A DNA stretch of 64,000 nt from Marsupella aquatica (lineage: Eukaryota > Plantae > Marchantiophyta): assembly GCA_973895155.1 (NCBI GenBank), contig OZ316896.1, positions 14,005,542 to 14,069,541 of the forward strand, written 5' to 3'. The translations under genes were made by a program, and so were the position numbers. This document shows, in pieces, positions 11,599 to 23,719 of the stretch (positions are counted from its first letter, which is position 1; the number at the start of each line of letters is the position of its first letter). Below the pieces are notes generated by a model. It was not told the DNA's origin. It searched no databases and was given only the letters and a program-made list of their open reading frames with translations.

Positions 11599-14500
11599 AT
11601 GGCGGTCGAAGATATGGAGTTTCCTCACGCTGAGGAGTTCGGACAGATGGAGACGGAGGAGGAGATGGACGTCTCTTCTAGCGGACCTCAGAAGGAGGGG
11701 GAGGAGAGGGAACTTATCAAGGACGGTGGGTTGAAGAAGTTGTTAGTGAAAAGTGGTTCCGGATGGGAGACTCCCGACAATGGTGATGAGGTTAAAGGTA
11801 CGTTGAGTTTGTAAAGTCTGCTTCTACGCCCGATTCACCGATCCAATCTTTGTTTCTGTGGATTTCTGGAAGATATCCTGATTTTTCTTGTTCGCCGGCT
11901 TCACCTTTGGTCTTGAACAGTGCACTACACTGGAACGCTGTTGGACGGAACGCAATTTGATTCCAGCCGAGGCGGCGAGCCATTTACTTTTACTCTTGGA
12001 CAAGGTATGTGTTCTGTCATAAAGATTGATGGTTGTTACTTTCTCTCTACTCCTTTTGCTCCCAGGTGTTGGTCGTTTGATGTTTCACATTCTTCCGGGT
12101 CGAGGATGTGAAATTCTAAATTTAAGGAATGTGGCTATGATTTCGCCATACAGCGCAAGTCATCAAAGGATGGGATAAGGGTATTGGCACCATGAAGAAA
12201 GGAGAGAATGCGGTGTTTACCATAGCTCCAGAGTACGCTTACGGAGAGCCTGGTGCTCCGCCTTCAATCCCTGCGAACGCCACCCTTCAATTCGATGTGG
12301 AATTGATCTCTTGGGCGAGTGTGAAAGACATATGCAAGGACGGTGGAATTTTCAAGAAAGTACTAAAGGAAGGAGAGAAATGGGAGACTCCCAAAGATCT
12401 CGATGAGGTTACCGGTAAGTGAAGCTTGAGCGATCTGCACGTGGTCATCCTTCCAGTTAGGGTACAATGGTCCAAGCTACTGTCATTCCTGGGTGTACGA
12501 GTCGATAACGAGTATTAAACGGCATGAAATAGCTTCTTTGCGTTTAATCCATTACCCCAATATTTGATGCCTCGTAATTGTTTTGGCTCTGGGGAGCAGA
12601 TTCTGCCTCTTCATCTCGTCATTCTCAGTCTCTTAGCTAACAAACTGCATTTCTCGGACATATGCAGTCAAATATGAAGCAAGACTGACGGATGGGACTG
12701 TGGTCTCGAAATCGGACGAAGGGGTAGAGTTCGTCTTGAAAGATGGTACGGAGTTTGGCGAAGTCCTTGCATTAGTTCGCATTGTAAGATTGAAACGTTG
12801 TTTACTCCAATGATTAGTAGCTTTACTTTTTCCTCGGTGATGGTCCTGATTACCTCGGTGCACCATGCCCAGGCTACTACTGCCCCGCAATCAGCAAAGC
12901 TGTGAAGACAATGAAGAAAAATGAGAAAGTTCTGCTATCAGTGAAACCGCAATGTACGTATCTAACACCAGTTTACTTTTGCCGATTTATGAAGGATGTC
13001 GTTGTGCTACCGCGTCGATTAAGTGGCTTCGCACTTTTTTTTATGTAATTTCCATTTGACGAAGTTTTAATATTTCACTGTGTTCTGCAGATGGGTTTGG
13101 TGCCAAGGACAGGGAAGCTAGTGGCAGTGATGCTGCTGTTCCCCCCAACTCTAATTTAGATATAGAAGTTGAGCTGGTGTCGTGGAAGACCGTGGAGGAG
13201 GTAACGGATGATAAAGGAGTCATGAAGAAGATTTTCAAGGCAGGAGACGGGTACGAAAAACCCAATGATGGGAGTGTTGTCAAAGGTAGGGTTACTGGCA
13301 AACTTTTGGTTTGGAAAGTCTGGAAGCAGCTCGGCTTTAAAAACTGTTCCAAGACCTTACTTTCTTTGCCCGATACGTTACCCTAATATTCTTCCACTGT
13401 GTCTGCAGTCCGTTATACTGCTAAATTGCAAGACGGCACGGTTTTCGAGAAAAAGGGTTACGAAAGTGAAGAAGAACTTTTCGAGTTTGTGACAGACGAA
13501 GGTATTAATTCCACTGCAATTGCTGTGAATTGTTAGTCTTGACAGTGCCTTCTTGCAGCTTCTTGCAGCTGGTCTGGCATCGATTCACCCTTTGAAATGC
13601 TTACATGTAGCTACTTCGGCTTGGGTTGGATTTCTTCATGCGCAGAGGAAGTCATCCCTGGATTGGACAAAGTGATTGCCACAATGAAAAAGGGGGAAGT
13701 TGCTCAAATCATTATTTCTCCTGAATACGCTTTTGGTGATGTCGAGACGAAGAAAGATCTCGCGGTCGTACCACCGAAGTCTACCGTCATTTATGAGCTG
13801 GAGCTTGTCTCGTTCGTTAAGGTTCGTATATCTTGGTCTCGTGTTTATTACCTCGCGATGAAAATCGTTGAGAATCAGAAGTCAACTTTCTGCCTTTACA
13901 TCTCGTAGTGACATCATTTGCATCCAAAATGGCACAGGAGAAGGAATCTTGGGATATGGAGGCCCCCGAGAAGATAGAAACAGCGATCAAGAAGAAGGAA
14001 GATGGGAATGCCCTCTTCAAAGCTGGGAAATACAGCCGAGCATCTAAGAAATATGAGAAGGTGAGCCCATTTCATTATGTCAAATCGTCTCTCCTGGTGA
14101 TTTATCGGAACCGGCAATACTTTGGATGCCGTCTTAGTTACTGCGTGTCGCTTTTGCTCCAAGTTCGACATACGGGTTCTGTGGAAAAACACGGCCAGTA
14201 GCAGAACAGGGCCGGCAGGTGCTGCACTCTTGAGTATTTGTCGAAGCTAACCACATTCTCTTCTGCGCACTGCAGGCGGCCAAGTTAATTGAGTATGACA
14301 GTGGATTTGATGATGAGCAAAAGAAGAAAGCTAAAGTTTTGAAAGTCACGTGCAACTTAAATAATGCCGCTTGTAAACTGAAGCTGAAAGATTATAAGGA
14401 GGCTGTGAAACTTACCACCAAGGTTGGTCGATGAACTTTGTCAGTGATTATTATACTTGGCTTGAGCTTTGAGCACGTGCTATGCTTTTACGTAAGTCCC

Positions 14501-15296
14501 TCGCTGTCCTCTGAACAAGGCGAGCCCTTCTTCAAACCCTGAAGAATGGAGTGTACGTCGTCTTGTATCGCTGAAACCAGTGTCATTTGCAGTAATAGGT
14601 CACATTGAAGTGATGATTTTGAACTTTAGTTGTGTTTGATTCACTCGCTCCAATCTTATGTTTCACGGGTATTATTCAGGTTTTGGAGGTTGAGCCGCAG
14701 AATGTGAAAGCCCTCTATAGACGAGGACAGGCTTACATAGACTCATTTGACTTGGATTTGGCCGAGTGGGACTACAAGAAAGCTTTGGAATTAGATCCCC
14801 AGAACAGGTTTGTTCCTCCAGATAGCACCTTCCCGTTTGCATCAAGGATTTGCAATATGAGAGTCAGGAATGGAATAGGATCTAGACAATATTTTGCATG
14901 AAGGAACTCTGTCTGCAACCGGAGGGTATTGATGTCGTTGTACTCTCGTTTGGCAGGGAAATTCGTCTGGGCTTCAAAGCACTGAAGCAAAAACAAGTAG
15001 AGCAAAATAAGAAGGAGGCAAAAATGTACAGCAACATGTTTGCGAGGTTGAGTAAACTTGAGGCTAATGAAAAGGTACGAAAATTGGGATCTTGTATCGC
15101 CTTCACCATACCCAGATTGACTTTCTAGGTGGAGGTGAATTTTATTCTCTACAAAATATCTGAATTACGTAAGTTTCACACTTTGCAGAAGGCAGATCCT
15201 CAACCTGTGGACGAGGAGAAAGAAAACGGCGTCGAAGCGAAGGGGGATGCTCCCGTTGAATCTATGATTGTGGACAAACCTGAAGTCGCCGCATGA
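11599..15296 (+). CDS. ROF1: FKBP62/FKBP65 (ROF1/ROF2-type) peptidyl-prolyl isomerase with 3 FKBP domains, TPRs and a CaM-binding region; 13 exons, ~596 aa
   Basis: Exons: 11599-11797, 11921-12004, 12154-12414, 12668-12745, 12873-12953, 13091-13285, 13409-13501, 13646-13821, 13938-14060, 14276-14422, 14680-14807, 14957-15074, 15189-15296. All introns are GT-AG and the total is 1791 nt in frame. Motifs: 'VHYTGTLLDGTQFDSSR', 'IPANATLQFDVELISW', 'KKEDGNALFKAGKY', 'NVKALYRRGQAY' and 'KEAKMYSNMFARL'. A 5'UTR intron at 11188-11440 is possible. Confidence 0.95.
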
Positions 15297-16925
15297 GAGA
15301 CTTGTTAGGAGACATTTTTAGCAAATCTCTGAAATCGTTGCTATACTCTAGCTGTTTTTCTCCAAGGGAGTCCTACTCTGGCCAGTTATGATGGTTCATT
15401 GTTAGTTGACCCAGGACATTTAGAATTGACCACAAATTTGAATAGACCCCTCAATGTGTTTTGCAAATATGAGGGGGTCTTTCACTGCCATGGTTTTGAT
15501 CTATACGAGATGTTAGAATGCTATCAAGTTTCCTCACGAAAACTGTAGATCCGGCAGCCTGTACTGCAGTTAACAATGAAGATTTTTAATTGATATCAGT
15601 CCTAGCGAAACCAAACCAATCCCAGCGGAGTCCGCCATTTTCATGTGGCACAGTTTTATTCATCGTTTTTTTCAGGAGTTGATGGTAAATTGAAGAGAGT
15701 GATTTGGTCAGTAATAACTTGTCTTTTTGAGTAGAAAATTGATGCAACTTCAAGATATGGATTTTTTTACTCGTAACTTGGATTGTTGCCAATGATGGGC
15801 AATCGGAGAACTTCATTTGGGTACTGTAAACTGAGCACCATCTTTGGTCCCAACTTCAAGACATCGATTTGGTTACTCGTAGCTGGCATTTTCGTTGTCG
15901 ACCTGTATCGAATGGCCAATGTGAGAAATAGATTCGAGCCCTGTGAACTTTGCACTTCTGTCAAGGTGTTTTCTCAATACTTTCACGAAAACTGAAGCAT
16001 CTGAAATTAGAATTCGCTTTCAATATTAGATAGTTAATGGAAGAGTTGAAAATAGATCCTATTTCACACAACACCGCATCGTTTAGACGTTAAAACTAAC
16101 TGGTAATTTGTTTAGGACAAGATTATCACACAACACCGCATCGTTTAGACTAACGAATGCCAACTGCGGAGCAAGTACAAAATCATCCATCCAATTGGCC
16201 ATTTCCTGGACGTGACACAAATTACCAGTGAACAACCCATGGCAACTGCTGCATGTAAAATGTCCTGAATGTAAAATGTCCAGGAAAAATGATCCATTAC
16301 TTTTCAGCAGAATGGAATAAAACAGAGAAGTTTCATACTAGAAGGAAACTAATGGTAACACACCACGAACTGTACTCAGGAGGGTGAGTCTATACGTTTT
16401 TGGAAGAACAAACCGGAGGTGATTGCAAGCCGTATGGACGTAACACCATCTATTCGCCTGGATGACCAGAAGTATTTTTGGGCAGTTCACTTGTTGATGA
16501 ACAGATGTGATTGTTGAGGAAGGTGAGGAAGGTGAGGAAGGAAAGAGACGACGTATCGACTAAAGCTGGAAAACAGACTCTACAATCTACAGCTGCTTTC
16601 TCGATTTGCATTTATCAGTGATTTCGTGAATCGGCAGTGACGGAAGCGATTTAGGAGCGCGACGCATGTGGTTTTGCTTGGCAGATGATCATAAATACAA
16701 TGGTGCTCGGCACAACTTCTAAACTGCGAAGGTTCAATATCGTCATCGACCTTGATACCTGCATCAACTACACATTGAAAGGCAGTACGATGAGCAATTC
16801 AATATTCTTCTATGAGTTTAGCGGCAATGCAAGCATAGTGAGCCCAGATATCAGACGCCTAGATGTATCCTTCATCAGCAGTGATAATTCGCTTCAGATA
16901 GATACCTCCAACATTCGATTGCTAA

Positions 16926-17110
16926 ATACCGTCAGAACAAGTGGACAGATAATGTTGCTAGGATGGGCTTCTTGCTAGATACCGTCAGAACAAGTGGACA
17001 GATAATATTGCTAAGATGGGCTTCTTGCTGGATACCGTCAGAACAAGTGGACAGATAATGTTGCTAGGAATGGCTTCTTTGCTAGATACCGTCGGAACAA
17101 GTGGACAGAT
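16926..17110. repeat. Tandem repeat, ~53-bp unit, ~3.5 copies
   Basis: 'ataccgtcagaacaagtggacagataatgttgctaggatgggcttcttgctag' is repeated. Confidence 0.9.
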
Positions 17111-17752
17111 GATGAAACACAGTGTCTTCATTTGGACGCTGGATAGGAGGTTCTACAAAACACCAAGACTGGGAGATTGAAGTGTACATGTGACATTCCG
17201 TTCCACGACTTGTCACTGGAACTGAATGAATGTTACATCCACCATAAAAAAGTGGAGGACATGATGCACAAGATGATCAAGGTGACACAATGTATGCACG
17301 ACCTGATGCAAAATATTCTGACTGCGATGAGAAAATCGCTGCAGAAAGACCAGAATCCGGGAATCCAAAGACAAGACTCCATGTAATCTGGCCCATAACC
17401 TGTGATTGAATAACTCCTATTGCCTGAATGAAATGAACCTTGCAAATATTTTATTCAGTGTAAATCCTATACATAAAAAATGATTAGTGTTTCGCACGTA
17501 CTCCGGTGGACGTTAAGAGTGGAAAAGAAAACGAAAACTAACCAATGTGCTGACACTGTCTGACCAAATTGAAGATCGGCACTAGAGGGAGACCCGAGAA
17601 CACTCTCAAGATGAAGGTCACTTCAGCACACAACCTCTGCAGAATTTTGAAAAGTATTTCCGTGAAAAGACTGCCAGATCATGCAATGCTCACTGATACG
17701 AGTATGCGGTCATGCGGTCGGACGAGCGAATGTAGCCAAGCAAAATCACCGA

Positions 17753-19357
17753 TCACGCCGTGGTAAGATCCATCTTCGCCTCCTTAGGCTTCCTGCATCC
17801 GAACATGAAGTTGAACACAATGGAGAGCATTTTCCATGGCGAGGGCTTCTTCTTCATTTGCAGATCTCTGTCTTTCAAACTCGCCATATATTGGAGAACC
17901 GCATCCTTCCCCTCCGCAACAACTGCCAAGGGCGGGGTGCGCCAAGGATTTCCATCCAGATTCAATCTGCGCAGGTTCGTCAGCAACGCGAAGGAGTCGG
18001 GAAGTACTGTGATGTGGTTAAAACTCAAGTCTAAGTCCCGCAGACCTTGAAGATTGCCAATCTGAGAAGGTAGATGCCTAAACTCCGCAAAATTTGAAGA
18101 GGCATCCAGTCTTGTGAGACTCGTGAGGGAGCAGAGGCTCTCAGGGAGTGTGTCGAGGTGATTGAAGTTCACGAAGAGATCAGTAAGGTTAGTGAGCGAA
18201 GCCATCGTCGTTGGCAAGCTCTTCAGAGCGTTCAGGTGAACAGAGAGATATCGGAGCTCTCTCAGCTGCCCGATTGCTTCTGGTAAGGCCTTCAGTTGAT
18301 TAAAATCCGCTCGAAGCTCGATTAGAGAGATACAGCCACCTATGGTCCAAGGAATCTCGCCGACGGAGTTCTTCTCGAAATTCAGCTTCTTCAAATTGGT
18401 GAGGTCCCCAATGGAATCAGGTAGGGTCTTGAGAAGATTTGCCTCGAGGTCCAGGTCGGTAAGGTTAACCAGGTCGCCTATATTGTCTGGCAAGGCCGTC
18501 AGCTGATTGCCGGACAGATTAAGCGACGTCAAATTCACCAGAGTACCGATCGATTCAGGAATCCAATTGTACCCACCATTGCTGAAATTCAGGCTCTCCG
18601 GGTGCTTCCCATCCCGTTCTGCATTTTCAAGAATATCGAGAAGGTTTGGGGGCCACCTAGTGGTGAAGGCCTCTTCCAAATCCCGTGTGAGAGGCACAGT
18701 AGCCACTATTTCATGCGCAGGTGCTACCTCCAAACTCCTGGGTCTTAGTTGTTCCTCTCTAGATTGATGACTTGCAAGAAGAGCCTTCCCCTCCTCGTGG
18801 GTGCGCGCAGCAAGCCCTCCCGCTTTGGCCAAAACCTGTTCCGCGTTTAAATCAAGTACAACTGGGGTGCGCTCTTGAACGATCCCACTAGACTCCGAGG
18901 CGCTTAAGCTTCGATGCAATCGTCCGTTATCTAAGGACGAATTCTTGTCGACGTGATTGTTCTGATTAGTGGTGGATTCAGGCCGGATAGATGGAAGTTC
19001 GAGTTCGGCTTTCCGCACAAGATTATCGAAGACGCGGTGCCGCTCCTCCAGCTGCAGCACGAACTGATCATCTTTCCTTCGCACCTCCGATTGTGTTCGA
19101 ATAACACCCTCGTGCAACTCTTGCAATGCACGAAACACGGAGGGGGGCACAGAACTCGCGCACTTTTGTGCAAAGAGCTCCTCTAGCTTGGCAGTAACTG
19201 CGCGCTCCTCCTCACTGATGGCAAGCGTCGCTGCCTCGATCACATCCGCACTCGGACGTGGAGGTATGGCTCTCAGCAGCAATTTCATCTGCAACACGAC
19301 CTCCTCGACTGTCTCTGGCTCCCTCGCCATCTTTGATCCGCCACATGCCCTCCCCAA
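17753..19357 (-). CDS. PIRL: Plant intracellular Ras-group-related LRR protein (PIRL family), single exon, 534 aa (alternative start at MAREP, 19330)
   Basis: Uninterrupted ORF. The N-terminus has the PIRL-type 'LLRAIPPRPS..VIEAA' and a coiled region. About 9-10 LxxLxLxxNxLxxLP repeats follow, including 'LDASSNFAEFRHLP', and end in 'LDGNPWRTPP...GKDAVLQYM'. Confidence 0.9.
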   Translation of the reverse strand: MGRACGGSKMAREPETVEEVVLQMKLLLRAIPPRPSADVIEAATLAISEEERAVTAKLEELFAQKCASSVPPSVFRALQELHEGVIRTQSEVRRKDDQFVLQLEERHRVFDNLVRKAELELPSIRPESTTNQNNHVDKNSSLDNGRLHRSLSASESSGIVQERTPVVLDLNAEQVLAKAGGLAARTHEEGKALLASHQSREEQLRPRSLEVAPAHEIVATVPLTRDLEEAFTTRWPPNLLDILENAERDGKHPESLNFSNGGYNWIPESIGTLVNLTSLNLSGNQLTALPDNIGDLVNLTDLDLEANLLKTLPDSIGDLTNLKKLNFEKNSVGEIPWTIGGCISLIELRADFNQLKALPEAIGQLRELRYLSVHLNALKSLPTTMASLTNLTDLFVNFNHLDTLPESLCSLTSLTRLDASSNFAEFRHLPSQIGNLQGLRDLDLSFNHITVLPDSFALLTNLRRLNLDGNPWRTPPLAVVAEGKDAVLQYMASLKDRDLQMKKKPSPWKMLSIVFNFMFGCRKPKEAKMDLTTA

Positions 19358-19464
19358 CTACAACAGCTTCTTCCCAACCCTGCGTTATCCTCCCAGCCGC
19401 TGCTGTTTCGGGTTTAGGGTCTAATCTGTACTGCGCACAACGACCCTCGGACAGTTGCCAAATC

Positions 19465-22130
19465 TTTTGGCTCTGGGAAGCAGATTCTGCCTCCCTTCAT
19501 CTTGTTACAGATCCTTCTCACGCTCTTAGCTAACGAAGTGCCTTTCTTGGACATATGCAGATGAATGGGGACCGGTCGCCCTGGACTCAAAGCAAGACTG
19601 ACGGATGGGACTGTGGTCTCGGAATCGGAAGAAGGGTAGAGTTCGTCTTGAAAGATGGTGCGTAGTGTGGCGAAGTCCTAGCATTGGTTTCGCACTGTCA
19701 CATTGACACGTTGTTTTCTCCAGTTCTTATTTGGTTCCCACCTTTATCCCAGTGATGGTTCTGATTACCCTCCGTGTACCATGCCCAGGCAACTCCAGTA
19801 CTGCCCCGCTATCAGCAAAGCTGAAGAGACAACGAAGAAGAATGAAAAAAGTTCTGCAGTCCGGCGTTAGTGGACCGTGAGAACCGACTCGCAGCCTAAA
19901 CCTCAACATCTTTGGAAACAAACATGGCGTCTTTGCCGTGCTGCGTCCGAGAAAGCCTCCTCCATGTGGCACCTCGCTCTCCGGATTCCGGCTACTCAGC
20001 ATTGGAAGTTTCTCACTCTCCACCGTCACCTGAACTCAGCTGGTGTACGGGATGCCACCGTCAACAACAAGAAGACCCTGACCAGTGCATCTGGCTCTGG
20101 CTCTGGCTCTGTCCCATCTCGCAACAAGTCTGGCGATGGGCCATCTTCCTGCTACAGACTCTTGTCCGCATCCAGCCCTGCCCCGTAATCCGTCTAGACA
20201 TCTTCCTGGTACAATCGCTCCCGAATCGCCTTCGATGTTCTTGAGAAACTCTGGCCAGTCTTTAGTTTGGGTAGACTCCTGCTCTAGTTGCCGACCTTCG
20301 TTGGATGGCTTTCTTTCTTCCTTAGGTGCCGGCCTTCCCAGGTTTCCATGGCTAGTCGACCTCTAGTTCCCCCGGGCTTTGGACACCCAGCTGCATGCTG
20401 CTTGAGATGATCGAATTCAATGGAATATTAAAGGCAAAAAAGCTCCAGTCCCCTGGCTTTCCCTCCCTGTTGGGTGCCCAGCTGTACGCTTGTGTTGGGT
20501 ACCCAGCTGTGTGCTGCTTTGATGAATAGACTTCAATGGAATATTCCAACGTCAAAAAAGTTCTGTCATCAATGAAAGAAAAGCGCATCAGAATTTATAA
20601 ATCAGAGACAAACAAAGTACAATGAAAAAGGAAAGAGAAAGAGCTCCAAAGAGTACAAACATCTAACCTGAAAAAAAGAAAAGCCAAAAAACTGAAACTA
20701 TGGCAGTGTATTCATTACGATGAACGGAAGCTGTATGTCGTTTCAATAATGAATGGAATTCAATGGAACATCTCAAGGCAAAGAAATTCTGCTATCAGAG
20801 AAACCGCAATCTACGCATCTGATGCCAGTTATCTTTGCCGGTTTATGGAGGAGAGATCTCGTTGTACTAATGCGTGGATTGACTGGCGTCACACTTTTTA
20901 CGTGATTGCATTAGTTTGACCATGATTTAATTTATCAGTGTGTTGTGCAGATGGGTTTGGTGCCCAAAAGGTCAGGCAAGCGAGTGGCAGTGCTGCTCTT
21001 CCCCAGCTCTAATTTAGATAAAGAAGTTGAGCTGGTGTCGTGGGTGACCATAGAGGTACCGGATGATGAAGCAGTGGTGAAGAATATTTTGGAAAGCGGG
21101 GGCGGATATGAACAACCCAATGTGGAAGTGTTGTCAAAGGTTCATTTCACCACAATTAGTGTTACTCACTCTAATTCTAACATTTTCTGGCTCTACCCAT
21201 GAATAAGGTGTTACTCAAAGTAGTTCTGTTATAACACTAATTCAGGTGCATGAATTAGTGTTAGTGTGCTCTCAAGAGTGGAAAAGTAGTGGAAAAAACC
21301 TGTCCTGAAAAACTGACAAAAGGTAGTGTTACCTTCAATTCATGATCACTTTTACCAAAATTAGTAGTAACACTAATTTGGTAGTAACTTCTTACATAAC
21401 ACTAATTATGGTGAATTACATAACACTAATTATGGTGAATGATGTAGCTTCATTGGCAAACCTATGAAAGCAGCTGGGCTTTTAAACTAGCTTTTCCAAG
21501 ACCTTACTTTCTCTGAGCGATCCCTTACCCTTATCTTATGCTAATTGCAAGGCGGAACTGTTTTTGAGAGTGAATTATGTATAGGATACGACAGTCTGGG
21601 CTGGGGTTACTAGCCTGTAACCCTGTGCCCAGATAGTGAGGAAAAGCTGAAAGTGGGGAAAAGCTGAACAGTGGCAACCAGGAAGCTTTTCTGAGTTTTA
21701 TGGGAGTGGGGTTCAGGCTAGAGCCCCTGCCCAGACCTCCTTTATAGTGAGCAATTACTGTCTGGCAAAAGGTTACCTGCATGTAATAGCAGGTACACAA
21801 TGGTAACCTTAATTCCCTACATAAATGACCTAGTTGGAGAACTTTCAAAGGTACTACTTTGAGTGCAATTTCTGTGCATTGTTAGTCTTGGCAGTGCCTT
21901 TTCTAGCACCTGGTCTTGCATCAAATTCAGCATTTGAAATATTTACATGTAGCTACTTTGGCTTTCGTTTGATTTCTTTGATGTGCAGAGGGAGTCATCC
22001 TTGGATTGGGCAAAGTGTTTGCCACAATCAGAAAGGGGGAAGTTGGTCTAATCCCTATTTCCCGGGTGATGTTGAGACGAGGAAAGATCTTGCTGTTGTA
22101 CTGCTAAACTCGACCATCATTTATGAGCTG
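19465..22130 (+). pseudogene. Decayed partial genomic duplicate of ROF1 (intron 3 to exon 8), split by at least three insertions
   Basis: 19465-19857 matches ~12583-12935; 20786-21142 matches ~12930-13288; 21450-21570 matches ~13295-13450; 21845-22130 matches ~13500-13800. Introns are included, and there are frameshifts and small deletions. Confidence 0.9.
21143..21441. mobile_element. MITE-like insertion with terminal inverted repeats, inside the ROF1 remnant
   Basis: The left end 'catttcaccacaattagtgtta' and the right end 'taacactaattatggtgaatg' are near reverse complements. The right TIR is duplicated at ~21398-21417. The element interrupts the copy of the exon 6/intron 6 junction. No clear TSD was seen. 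Confidence 0.7.
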
Positions 22131-23217
22131 GGTCTTGGACACACCTCTGGTGTACCAGTGCTACAGTAGTGCCAATAGTGTAGCCAAGTGCCTAGCAGAT
22201 AATCCCTTAAAAGAGCCACTAGACATGACAAAAACCTATTACACCATATTTCACCATTTTCAGTACTTTTCCCTGAAATTGTGGAGCAAAGTCTCAAGGT
22301 AGAAGAGAGGAATGTGAAAAAGAGAGAAGTAGTGGTGCCAAATTAGTTTTCAGTAGAAAATTTGCAAAGGCTAGAGCATTCAGCTCAACTTTGAATGGCA
22401 TCCAGTTGTTGGAGGTCAAAACTTGAATAGCCTAGATGTTCAAAGATGCATACATTACGGGCCTAGTGAGGGTGAAGTGGATGGTAATGAATGCTCATGC
22501 AGTACCTGCTGGACTGATGTTCAAGGTCAGTCAGTGCTCCATGAGAACACACTGGTGATGCAACCTCAACAGTTTGCCCCTCGATTTGTGACTTTTGCGG
22601 GTTACTGCCCGAACAAGTTTGTTACGAGGTTGGAGACAGGAGCATAGAAGGACAAGATGGGGAAAGAAGCAGCGAAGGTGATGAGTAAAACAAGAATTCA
22701 GATTTGCAAGGATCATGCTATTGGTGCCAACACATGATGGTGAATGGAAAACACAGTCACAGTTGGCGTACTGGGCCTGCACTCCCTGCATTTTGTTTAG
22801 ACTGAGGACAGGGCCAGCGCAAGCATTTTAAATTTTGGCTGAGAACCGGGCATGCACTCCTTGCATTTTCTTTTGCTTACTAGGGTTTGTGATAGTTTAT
22901 TAGGATCTCACGGGTCTCACTTTCGCGAAAATGACATATCATGTGCAAAGAAGCATAGGGTCATTTGATTGGTTCGAAATGAAGACCTACAAATATTTGT
23001 TTAAGAAATTTAAGGTTTTCTTTTACTCAATGTTGAGACTTATAAGGAAAGATAGGAGTTTAACACCAATTTGGCGAGTATTCCAAGAATATTATATATT
23101 AATAGACATAAAATAATAATAAAACATTTTTCTCTAAGTATTAGGGTGTACCTAACCTGAGAATGTCACAGGTGGTGTGTGTGTGTGGGGGGGGGGGGGG
23201 GGGGGGGGCTTCAAAGA

Positions 23218-23320
23218 TGTTGGAACTAAATGTAGTCTCGGCCAAGAAGGTTAGGAAATTTGGTCCTGATATCTGCTATGCAATAGTGTACATTCGCGCG
23301 AGAGAGAAGAAGACTACAGT
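23218..23320 (+). pseudogene. Possible fragment of an SRC2/BAP-like C2-domain gene
   Basis: 'MLELNVVSAKKVRKFGPDICYAIVYIRAREKKTT' resembles the first beta strands of plant C2 domains. It is truncated and follows a poly-G tract. Confidence 0.35.
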
Positions 23321-23719
23321 GGGCGATATAGTGAGACCCCCAAGATTAGGATCAACTCATCTTTTAGAGTCATGCCCATGGACAACGCAAGACCTAACTT
23401 TGTGACTCACAATTTTGAATAAATTTTGCCTGAAATTTACTGTGTGTGCATGTATAAGCATGGCCTTTTCCCAAAGTTTTGGTTGCACATGTTTCCAAAA
23501 CCTTGCCTTGTGTATACACATGGCCGTTTGTATAAGCATAGCCTTTTCTCGTGGTTTTTGTGATTAGAATTTACTGTGCCAGGACCCTAATTTCCAACTG
23601 GCAGACCTTGCAAGGCCCTCACTCCTAAGTATACTTACCTGGTGGGACCCTAGTAGCCCTTATACTTACCCAGTTAGAGCCCAGTTCACCAAACCCTCCT
23701 TACTACCTGACAAGTTTTA

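Noticed and set aside
21570-21843. Third insertion in the ROF1 remnant as a MITE
   Set aside because: The insertion is real, but the terminal inverted similarity (ttatgta.agg / ccctacataa) is too weak to classify it.
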